Origin: Paecilomyces variotii
Taxonomy: Eukaryota
Assembly: GCA_004022145.1 (NCBI GenBank)
Contig: RCNU01000002.1
DNA length: 64,000 nt
Strand: one strand, 5' to 3'
The notes under the pieces were generated by a model. The model saw nothing but the letters and a program-made list of their open reading frames with translations. It was not told the origin of the DNA and did not search any database. Position numbers and translations under genes: made by a program. Of the stretch, positions 23,174 through 34,406 are shown one piece after another. Every line of letters starts with the position of its first letter. Position 1 is the first letter of the stretch.

Positions 23174-25988
23174 CTAATAGCGCTGAAATCTCTTCCGACA
23201 GACTTTAGCAGCCTGTGAGTGCCGCCCCTTGTCACATTTATAGAGGATCGATGGCCCACAATGCACATCATCCCTGCAATAACAATCCATCGAGCTTGCA
23301 CAACCAGGGTAATAGCTATATTCAGACTCCTCCATAACCTTACGAAACAGCGGCGGTACAAAAATTCCTCGAGGGTCCTGTTGACGTGCCGTGTCCAGGA
23401 AGTTTTCCAGTTCAGGATACTTGTCTTTCATAGGACATTCAGGGTGAAGAAAGGCTCGTTGTGGATTCTTGCCCCAGTGCGCTCGGGCGCCGTATTTACA
23501 GAATGTAATCTGCTCTATCTCGTCCAAAATGTCTTGGTGGTGGGCAGGAAGACCTGCAAGGCCCTTCGAGACAAGCATGTCTATGTAGACCGTGTCTCTC
23601 CCGTAGGCCATGTCGAGTGGGGCGTCCGAACCTTTTCCAAACCGCATGGCGAAACCTAGGAGCGATGGCAGACATCCTTGATGAGGGATAAGATCAGTGA
23701 TCGCGCGGACTTCTCGAATCCAGTCTCCGAGGTACCGGACATCCATATCAAACTCAATCAGAATCTGCACTTGATTCTGCCAGTAGCATCCCGAGAGACG
23801 ACCCCTACAGCTAGAGCCCCCTAGGCGATGTGGCCACCCGATAATGCTTTGATTAAATATCTTCCAGTGTCCAATCTCACCTTCCTTGTACCAGAATGGA
23901 GGAGGACGCTGCTCAAAAAAGCAAATTCCCCAGTCGGTGGGCAGCGGCGTGAAGTTGATCTGATCGATAGCGAGCGAGAACTTTCCACCAATAGCAGCCC
24001 ACGGACGGTGTTCGAAGAAGCTGTGAAAAGCATCCCCTGGGGTATCAGGAGGCACAGATGTATGCCATCGGACAATGGCCGTACGTGCATTGGGATACCA
24101 CATCACTCGTGCAAACGAGAGTTCCCTCACAAGCATGGCAATTCTTTCTGGAAGTCGTCGATCTGATTCCTTAACCACCTGTAGTAAGAAATGTTAATAA
24201 AGCATTGTGGGAAATAGGTACTTTTTGCGACTCACAGTGGTGTTAAGCTTGTACATTTCCGTCCCTTGGATCTCAATCTCAGTGACAATCCCTAAAAGAC
24301 CCATAGTCCCTATCCACCTTGTTGGATTATCTTCTTCGCGCACTTCGCCTCGACCGTCCACGTAGGTTATTCGTGATATTGCGTGTCCGAACGCCGATGG
24401 TCTTTCGGTGGAACTGCCATGGGCGCCCGTTAAGAACATTCCCCCGACTGTAAGTCCCGTAAAGATCGGTATATAGTCCGAAGGCATGCTCATTCCCAAT
24501 TCGTGCATAGTGTCCATGAGGTGGTCCATCTCCATTGACGGCTGTACAGTGATCGTTTTCCGCCCTTTGTCCCATGATAGCACGTCACTCATGCGAGACA
24601 TATCAAGTTGCATAGCACAATCCCCAGCTTTGACATTAACGCATGGAAACTTCACAGTACTATGGTAGAGTTGCCTTGAGGCACGAATGCTGAGCTGATC
24701 GCTACCTTCTTTGGATCCTAGAGCGATCGGGCATCTGTCAAGGCCACTCTTAACGATCGATGCAACATCTATGGTGGTTTCCGGCATATAAAGTTCTCCG
24801 CCGTGAGGTGGACATTTTCGAGGATACCATGCGCTCTTGATGACATTAGGTAGATCCCCCCGGCCAAATGTAATAGACGGTGCTCCCATCCAGTCGTACA
24901 AATAGATCAACAGGAGTCCCACCAATGTCATGATAAAAGTGAGACGAAACAGGGCCTTGAAAGCATTCCCCACCAGCCTGATAAGCAAAGGCGGTTTCCG
25001 CTTTTTTGATCCCCAGAAACCATCGCCACCGAGACCCCAGCCTTGGGACCATCCTGTTCCTCGAGACCGTTCCTGGGCTATTCTCCAGAAGAGTGACCCC
25101 TGCGAGTATCTTCCTGTAAGCGAAAGTAAATACTAAGAAGGCGATTTTCGTTTCAAAGCATATAACCTACATCATATAGCTGGCGGAGATCTTCCTTCTG
25201 GACTTTGCCATTTCTCTGGAGCAGTATCCAAGTGGTTCCGAATTCGAAGAAAGCAGCAGACCACTATTCAACGTCAGCCAGCTTTTCACGGTTATCAATT
25301 GCGTGATAGAAAACAACATACCCCATAAGGATCGACGGCACATCGGTTACCACTCATCAGATTAAATATCTGCTTAAGAGAGAGATCGTTGGCACCAGGG
25401 CTGCTGAATTTCGCGAACAGATTCTCAAAACTTTGAGCTACAAACCGCCCTTCGTGGTCATAGACGTTGCTATCTGATGCATGCTAGTCCGATAAAAGAA
25501 ACCGTAGCAAGTCAGCGCATCAGCTTCTGGTATCAACACGACATAAGAATAGACTTTTGTAACACCTACTTTGGCTTTATGAATACTGTCCAGGTAGACT
25601 CGGAAGAATGGGTCTGGAATCACGCTATGCGCGAGGCGTGTCGGATAGGAGAAACCACCATTGATGACCATTATCGCGAATATAGAAAAGGGAATATTAA
25701 AGCCGAGCTCTCGGAAGCCTCGATAGGTATCCAAGGGCCAAATGATGCCATCTCCATCCCGGTCCCAGAAAATCACATGTTGCTGTAACACGCTCTACAC
25801 GTTTCATCTAGTATTAGCGAGTGTGCTGCAAGGTATCAAGGCACGGCAGATTCCTGATGACATACATAATCTTTGAACTTCTCGTAGTGAGGTCCTTTAG
25901 AACCGCAAGGGTTCTCATTCGACACCGCAAGATTGGCTCGAGCGACTCCTGCTTTAGGTACTCCTCTTGGTGCATCAATTTCCATCAT
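23174..25988 (-). CDS. Caleosin/peroxygenase fused to a plant-type L-gulonolactone-oxidase-like FAD oxidase (predicted 823 aa)
   Basis: Six exons, all phase 0 with GT-AG introns: 25988-25866, 25794-25570, 25483-25322, 25263-25171, 25099-24236, 24178-23174. Caleosin motifs SVLQQHVIFWDRDGDG, YPT...PDPFFR, KAKHASDS, EGRF and GSLFW...GWSQGWGLGGDG continue without a stop into a TM helix. Then come FAD_binding_4 motifs (YHSTVKFPC, GLTVGGMFLTGAHGSS), an ALO-type motif (KYGARAHWGKN) and a Cys-rich tail. Confidence 0.85.
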
Positions 25989-26680
25989 TAGATGTCTTGG
26001 ACTGAAAGTAGATGCGACGCAATACACGGTTTCTGTCTGCGCTATATAGGGTAGAATGAATGGCACTGTAACAAACTCACTCTCCATGTGCACTAGCCCC
26101 CTTTAGAGCAGATATCAAGTTTCTCTCCTTGAAATCTGGTCTGTTGTAAGCTTACATAGCCTCGGGTCCGATCTGGCGGCAGAAAACTTGCAAGGTAGCA
26201 ATGCGGATGGGGATCCGAGATGTCGTTGAGCATTGTTGATATCATGTTGGGGAATAAGTATCGACTTTCTGATAAAACATTTGATTTCACGTGTCACCAC
26301 CTTCCGAGATTTCCACAGACCCCTGCACTTTCACTCGAAAAGATCCAGATCAGCTGCAACATAGCCAGGGAAATCCATCTCAACAAAGCCACCCTGCAAA
26401 TGCCTCTGGGTTTCCTTACCAATAATGTCCCCATGGTTTCGAACTGTCCCACCAAATATCGTATCGAGACTACATAATGTAGCCCACTGGACTTGCATTC
26501 TCTAAATACGGTCCCGGATTGCTGTCCAGGTCTTCCGCACTGAATTCGACGCCCAAAAGGAGTACGTATCTATCTAAATGGGAGAAACGCTTAATATTGC
26601 TGTGAGAAGTTAACATGCATTTAGACAGAGAACCTTGCCAATAATCCCCTTGCCTTCGGGTAATTACTTCCTTTTCCACT

Positions 26681-27723
26681 ATGCAGAACGGCAATTCAGC
26701 CTTCGAAATCGCAGTTCCCAAAGCGACAGTAACACAGTCCAGACTGTTAGCAGTTGATATCGACAACCACGTTAATCTTCCTACAGGGGCGCGCGGAAAC
26801 CTGGGACCATCTATAGATAGTCCGCGAGGTTCCCCAAAAGACTCGCATAAGTACGAAGATTATGTGAGTTCTGGACTGGTGTATCCTGCTTTTCCCCCTT
26901 CAAGACTGAAACGTCACTAACATTACCAATTGCGAGGTTAGACACTTCTGCAGCAACACGTACTCTTCTGGGACCGGGATAACGATGGCCAGATTACACC
27001 CATCGATACATATATCGGCTTTAGGGAACTAGGGTTTAATATCATATTCTCTCTCCTGGCAGTTCTGGTCATAAATCTCAATTTTTCATATCCGACCAGG
27101 CTTGCGTATTCGTGGTTCCCTGATCCTTTCTTCAGAGTCTATGTGCCTAGTATCCACAAGGCAAAGGTTAGCGAGAATACACCACGACAAAGCACTTTTT
27201 TTTAACTCTCGATTTGCTCCTCAGCACGGTTCAGACAGCGGCGCAATTGATAACGAGGGACGTTTCGTTTCGCAGGCATTTGAGAATATCTTTGCCAAGT
27301 ACGACAGGGAAAATCGCGGTTGCTTGAGTCTTGCCGACATCTTTCGCATGATGAAAGGGCAGAGAGTCGCTGCTGACCCGTTTGGTGTAAGTGACCGACT
27401 ACGTTATGTCCTGAGGACCACCCCCTCAACCAAAAGAAAAAAAAAAAATTAAAAAGACACATACCATATAGTGGGGAGCAGCCTTCTTCGAATGGGGGAC
27501 AACCTGGCTATTGCTTCAGAAAGGTGGAATGGTCTACAAGGAAGACCTGAGACAGGTCTATGACGTGAGTAGTAAGGTCTTTCTATCCAATTCGTAACTA
27601 ATTGCTTTCCTGTAGGGGTCACTATTCTGGAAGATTCGCGACAAGCGATTAAAAGCAGAAGGTTGGCGCCAGGGTTTTGGCCTAGGAGGTGATGGATTTA
27701 TTGGATCCGTTAAGGTTACCTAG
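26681..27723 (+). CDS. Caleosin / peroxygenase (canonical, 256 aa)
   Basis: Exons 26681-26863, 26942-27166, 27225-27386, 27472-27564, 27616-27723. TLLQQHVLFWDRDNDG (His + EF-hand), proline knot YPTRLAYSWFPDPFF, KAKHGSDSG, EGRF, DPFGW and GSLFWKI...GLGGDGFIGSVKVT*. Confidence 0.95.
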
Positions 27724-28233
27724 GAAGGGAGAGAGAGGCAGGAGGGTGGATGCAGTGGCTTTTGGGGTTATTGCTGGGACACGAAAACACTAAGGTGGCA
27801 TTTATTCCTCCGCATCGCGAACCAGACATATCGGACTTGTTGCAACAAAGCTAGCCATCCTATTCATGGATAACGCATGGACACACTCAGATAATCTTTG
27901 AGTTTTTTGATTTGGACCTATTTTTCTGGGGTAATTCTTTATCAGTAGAAGTTTGAAACGGGAGAGGAGCGAGAACTTCTTGGTTGGGAATGTCCTGCCA
28001 TAGTAGACCACAAGTCCTTGAACAATATATGAACTTAGGGAACTCGATAATGTTCAGAAATACAAAACTTCTATCACTGGAACTTTCGGCAGGAAACCAA
28101 ACACGTCATGTATACCTCACGTGCAGCTGTACCCAGTGAGACAACTTAAGGCATTTATTGAAATATTGTGCCTCTGGAAACTCTCTAGCTGATATTCTCT
28201 CCAAACAGAAAGACTTTATTAGACTTTGAGACT

Positions 28234-29507
28234 ATGGAAAAGTCCACTATGCTAGACTTTGCGGTTTGCGTTCCCAATAGTTCTGTGACACAAAAGCGCC
28301 TCCCTGCCATTTACGTTGAGAATGATGCTAGACGTCGGAACTTGCAAGACACTGCTGAAATCGAGGCATTCAATACGCTACCCAAAGTTGCACGGGATGT
28401 AGGTCTGCTAGCTTTATTCTGAAGATAACAGTTCTCTGACTATTGAGCCAGAGCTCATTTCAACGTTATTTGGCGTTTTTCGATCGAGATGATGATAGTC
28501 GTGTCTCACTGTTCGATAGCTTCGTGGCCTTTCATGATCTCGGTTTTAACACTCTTTTCTCTTTTTTGATTGCAACTTCGATGCACATGGCTATGTCATT
28601 ACCGACTAGTCTGGCCACGCGAGGCCGAATTGATCCATTTCTGGCCATATATTTCGGGACGGTCGTAAAAGCCTTGGTCCGCATCTTCTTTACCTATCTA
28701 CGTGTTTTATTTCAGGCTAAAGTTGTGGAAGTAGCTGCTCCAACTTTGGGGGCATACCTTGTTCGATGCCGAAGGTCGATTCCAAGAAGAGGTCTTTGAG
28801 AGGCTATTCTCCAAGAGTAGCAAAGAAGAGCCAGACTATCTCACGTTGAGCGAGGCCTATGACTTTGTTAAACGGCGGAGAGAGCCTTCGAGTCCTATAG
28901 GTGTATGTTCCTACCTACCAATTTTTAACATGATTGAATATTTACTCTTTCAATAGTGGATCCTGGTCATTGCTGAATGGCATGTCATATGCCTTCGGCA
29001 ACGGAATAGGTTACTGAGCCGCACCGGTTTGCGTCAGATATATGATGTTAGATGGCCCATTGTGATTTATAGAGCTCTTTCCGGGGACACTGACTGTGAA
29101 GAATCAAGGGATCCGTGCTCTGGGAACTTCGGAAGCAACAAAGATCTCATCACAGATATTGGCCCGATTACCATGCTATTTCGCATCCTATAGAGGACCT
29201 TACGAACCCTGCCTATTGGCCGCCCGTGAGTTCAAGCTTTTGTATCGGTATACAATGCTATACTATTTTCGAGTTATTAACGCTTGCCTAGGCGCTTCAG
29301 TCTGCGATGGACAAGACTCTCGCTTACATTATACTTGCTCTTTTTGCAGCCTCGTTCGCCGTTCCGTTATTTGCATATACCTGTATTGCTGGAGACCCCG
29401 GAAAAGAGTTAAAGACCATACTTGCGGTCATGACATCTAGTTTCTGTCTTACATCCTGGAGATTTGGTAACTATCTGCAGGCGGAGAGACAACGACTACG
29501 TTCTTAG
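28234..29507 (+). CDS. Divergent caleosin-like protein lacking both conserved heme His, with extra C-terminal TM extension (326 aa)
   Basis: Exons 28234-28398, 28452-28676, 28735-28902, 28957-29046, 29109-29225, 29292-29507. Intron positions match the other two caleosins. FQRYLAFFDRDDD, LPT...IDPF, FDAEGRF, LRQIYD|GSVLW. The last exon is less certain. Confidence 0.8.
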
Positions 29508-30142
29508 GTTTCCGTAGGCACTCTTCCATTCTTTCTGGCATCTAGAAGCTATAACCTTTTGTAAATAAGCATCAGACAAGACCCAATATGAATGCAGGCG
29601 TTCCTCTTGAAGAAGATAGGCCAGAGATCCGGTCGCTTATGACATGGATGTTTAGTAGACCCATTCTTACCTACGAGTTCAATCTATAATAGCTCGAGTC
29701 TTCCAGTTACCTAGGTAGCTTACTTTCCCTATGTCAATAACAGTTGTTGATGTAGTGATCGGGACGTCTTCCGAACGTCAAATGCCTGACGTCACTGTGA
29801 GATTCCCTAGCAGCCGATCTCTGTTAATTCATCAAGATTCAGAAATACACTAGTTTATATTCTTTTCCATAAGTATCGGCGGGGCATTCAAATCCAGCTG
29901 AACTCTATGAGAGGCTCGTTCTCGATGCGATATTTTCGCGTTGTTTAGCGTGGAGTGGCAATAATATTGACCTGCACATATGATGGTAGCAGGCATTGAG
30001 TAAGGTGACAGGAACAGCATTTAACCTGATCAGTAAATTCCTTATAAGTCTACGTAAGGATCATGGATCAAATTTCAGCTTCTTGGAATCTACGATTCTT
30101 TGTTAGTAGATCGTTCATTTTCCCTCTCCGTGGTAGGACACT

Positions 30143-31300
30143 ATGGGCACCTATCATCCACCTTTATCGCTTGTCATATTAGGGACAATCTTTATTGGTC
30201 TGGGGCTTATAGCTTCTATTGTAATCGGGCTTGATATACTCCTCCGCCGAGGATGGAGGTCAATGATGGGCATAATGTAAGTTTACCTCCATGTTGTGGT
30301 CTCCGGCTATATAAATTCTTGGTAAGGAGTGCTTCGGATAACTGACATTGTTCTTGACCGTAGGATTCCAGTGTACCTCCTCAATTCGTTATATCTTGCA
30401 CCAATCACGTTATGGGTATACTTCAGTTATGGCCGGCCAACAAAACCAGAGAGACCCTCTAAGTCAACCGGTGAGCATCAACATGGTCATTGCAAGTACG
30501 CGCTGGTTGAGATCTCCATAAATCCTACCTATAATCCAAAGCTGATTGCTCCTTGCGGTATAGTCCTGGCGGAAATGGTCAACTAAACCATCATGACCAC
30601 ATGGAGAATAAAGAACTTGAACACGGACACGACCAGAGCCATGGCCAGCACCACAGTGAGGTCCACGGGGAAGGTCACCACCACATGGGCGGCTCATCAC
30701 GGCCTATGTTCGCAACCACAACTGTCGCAGTGTGCCATTGCGGAGCAGGATGTCTCTTGGGAGATATCGTTGGCGAATGGCTCGTTTACGGGACGGATGC
30801 CAAAATCAATGGCCACCGACTATGGGTCGCTTTCCTAGTTGGTACGTATTTCTAGGCTCCTACGTATCTTGCTCTACGCATGAAATCTGATACGCCTGCG
30901 CCTGAAGATTACGGATTCGCTCTTCTTTTTGGAATTGTATTTCAATATTTCTCCATCGCCCCGATGTCAGGCGATTATGGTCCCGTGACGATATGGCGGT
31001 CGATAAAAGCCGATTTTCTGTCGTTGACTTCGTTCCAGATCGGTCTGTACGGGTGGATGGCAATATACCAGATTCCAATATGGAACTTTAGGTTGGAAGT
31101 GAGCAATGTTGTTTACTGGTGGATGATGCAGGTATGCTCCCTCGCAATTAGCCGGATATGTTTTGAATAGCCTTGCCCACCGTCAGAGAGTATCCTATCT
31201 GATATGCTTCTTTCAGATCGGCATGTTCGCGGGCCATTGGACAGCCGTACCGATGAATTGGCTCTTGATTAAATTCAAAGTAAAAGAGCCATGCGCGTGA
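30143..31300 (+). CDS. DUF4396-family integral membrane protein with His-rich loop
   Basis: N-terminal TMs, HHDH...HGQHH...GHHHM loop, VCHCGAGCLLGDIVGE, FQYFSIAPM, KADFLSLTSFQIGLYGWM and MMQIGM...WLLIKFKVKEPCA*. Five exons. Confidence 0.85.
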
Positions 31301-32223
31301 AGCAAACTACATTACGGATACAATGTGAAGCCATTCTTAGGGTTCACTCAGGATAAAGTGTCTCGACTCCAATGCATGATGATTTTCGACCTGCTTGTAT
31401 AAGCGCCTGCATCTTATTGAGAAATTTGCCTACCCTTGAGGTTTCGACGAAAGGACTTACACGTATCTAAAACTATTTCTGTATCGTTGTTTCCTTCCTT
31501 ATTGTTAGGTATGTCCAAGTGGCGATTGCTTGCAAAATGATTGTGTAGTCACATTATATCGAGGAAAGATTATCCCCGCAAGTCTAGTGCATAACACCTT
31601 CCGCAGCTCCTTTAACACCTGCCTTTCCACTTCTTATTCTGATGATATTTTGATAATGGTATTGAAGTGTTTCATTGCTCACACTGATATGTCTTGTTGT
31701 CTGCCAAGCCTCCGGCTCTAGTAGGCACCATGGAAACAGTCCTTCAATATACCTAATTCATGACTGCACTTTCTTTGTACTTACAAATGTCATATTGTAG
31801 CAGCAACAAGCATTTATCTGTCCCAAACAGTTCTGTAGTGGCATTGTATAACGGTTCACTTTCACTTCAAAGAATCACGTGCTGAAGACGCCTTGCCCCA
31901 TGTGGACAACGCGCTCAAGAGGGCAGGAGGGTGGGAGGTGAAACTGCTCCTGTCCTTTGAAAGACCCTTCTCTCTTTTCATCTGTTCCAGTCTACTCTCT
32001 TGACATCCAGAGGAGGCTCCATAGAGTGGGTAGGACTCAGAACGAGAGGCCCTTGCGAGATTCTCTATAGTACTCAGGATTCGATATACCTCCGAACTGT
32101 GATTTGGCTGCAGGAATCCGTTTTCGTGTCAGTCAGCTTCTGCAGAGTAAGTGATAATCTACAAGCATCTGCGCGTACCTGCATATTCTTTCTCACATAA
32201 CTGGGAATTAGAGTCTAGCAGAA

Positions 32224-33591
32224 ATGTCGGAAGAGTGCGATCTCGGACAGCTTCTTGATAGCGTTTACAAGCTCCGTAACGCTGCTGTGGAGAATCAACG
32301 CTATACTGCATACAGAGTTGCATCGCTCGAGCGTGCTCTTGTCACCATGGAAGATAAGCTGAAGAAACATGAGAAAATGATACAGTATCTTGAGAATCAG
32401 CTAAAAGTCAAGACGGACGTCTCTGGGCGCAAGATTGATAATGGGGTTGGACGGTTGGTCGATACCACTGAGTCCTCTTTTCAGCTGAACGTTGGTTCGG
32501 GATTCGAGGTGAATGTGAAGTGCAGAATGGATAGCAGTGTGCTCCAAGCCCCTTTCGTGGAGCACGAGTCTCCTGTCGAGTCCATGTTAATGATTGCAGC
32601 TCCGCCTGCCACTCCCACTCGACAGGAGTCAGCGGATTGTTGGATTGTCGAGAACGGCAACATTGACTCTTTCCTGGACGACATAAACACCCCAGTTCTA
32701 GAACCAGAGAGACGTGTATGTTTATTTCCATTGGTGATATATAAATTCTTGCGTGCTTATAAGCGTTAGGACTTCATGCCAACTCATCGCAGATCAGCAT
32801 CTAACGTCTCCGACTACCAGAGCGTCATGGGCGATTTTCCCAACAAAATGCCACTGAAGCCTGTTCCATGGGACGGGAAGATTTCCTGGGCGTTCGAATC
32901 CTCAAGCATTTTTGACAACCCAGAAGAGGAAACAGACGCGGCTGCTGTCCGCTACGCATTTTTTGGAGGCCGCACCGCCTCTAAGCTATGGCTCTTCCAG
33001 TATGGCATCCGCTACATCCCAGGATCAGAAGAAAAAAACGCTTTCCGTACTGTTAAAGTTGAGAACCTGCCGTTGGATATCGACATGAACACTCTGCTTA
33101 GCCAGGTCTGTGGTGGCGAGATTGTCGTTGCCCGTCTCCTTAATACCAGCAGTATTACGGGACACCACACTGCCCTGGTTACCTTTGTCCAGCAGCGTCA
33201 GGCAGAGGCATTTGTTGACTACGCTTCGAAGTATGGTCTCTCTTTCGGAAAGGATAATGTCTGTGTGAAGATGCTGGAGACCCCAACCTATCCAATGTCG
33301 GCGGAGATGGAAGGCCTCATCCTTGACGAGGGTTACACGCGCTGTGTTGTCATACGTGACTTTGAAGAAGATCTTTATGAGGAACTTGTCTCTCTCGTCA
33401 TCGGATCTGTTTGCGGTAATGAAATCGAAGAGATCAAGCCAGAAGGGAACAGGGTTACTATCCAGTTCCACTCCATCAAGATGGCCGCTGTCGCCTTTGG
33501 ACTAATTCGCGGCCGCCGTTCCTTCTCAGGATGTCGTCTTGATTTTGCGCCTGACCCTTGTGCTCGTCCCGCTCGCCCAGTCATGGAATAA
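32224..33591 (+). CDS. Conserved fungal hypothetical protein (N-terminal coiled coil, C-terminal RRM-like folds)
   Basis: Two exons. RTVKVENLP...ALVTFV...AEAFV and TRCVVIR...IQFHSIKMA...FAPDPC pattern typical of RRM-like fungal proteins. Confidence 0.7.
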
Positions 33592-34406
33592 GTGAACGGC
33601 ATTTCCTCAGACGCGTATTTGGCTTCTGCGGGCAAATACTTCGGTGTTTGAGCGATGGGTCTGGTTCTAGGTGCGGGCTATCCGCTGGTTGCACTTTCAG
33701 GGGCAATGGTGTTTTCGGTCTTGGTTTCTACGGCATATTCGCTATTCAGCGTACCACTACATGTCTTTTCTAAGTGGTTAGTCGCATGTTTTGCAAAGTT
33801 GCAAATAATTAGTTCACAACACCAAAAATTAAAGTTTATCATCGGGAAATATCTCCGTACTGAAAATTTCAGGTGATGTTTATATTTAGAGTCCGTTATC
33901 TTTATAGTTGGCAAGGATAGATAGTATTGTGTACGCGCACAAAGCGAACGCCAAGTGATCTGCCAATCATCCGTTCGCGGCAGGTTCTTTGAATGCTGAT
34001 TATGGGATAGAACGTCCTAGATTACTTGATTACTAGATTCTTTGTATACCTACAGAGATAAATATGGGTTCAAACCCCCCTTAGAACTAAAAGCAAGCAA
34101 GCGATTCAAGTCGTTCAGGTCAGACCTTGCTTCCATGCCATTCAATATTCGACATATTGAAGTGCGGTCTTCAGTCACGAAAGGTACTGTTATCGGACAG
34201 ATATCTCGAGCTTTTACGGCAAAAAGGATGCTAATCATATGGATCCCGCACGTATTACCAGAAAAAACCACATGAGGACACAAAAGAAATCATTTCAATG
34301 CTATGTGAAAACTATGATATTACACCAGGGCGGTTTTTTGCCTCTACAGTCCTAAGTCTCAACGCTATTAAACAAAGAAGATCGTATCAGATGACATCAT
34401 GATACC

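Noticed and set aside
24194-24988. Stand-alone oxidase gene starting at TTG 24988 or ATG 24931
   Set aside because: The frame is open upstream into the caleosin's last exon, which has no stop of its own. The fusion model is preferred, though an internal start cannot be excluded.
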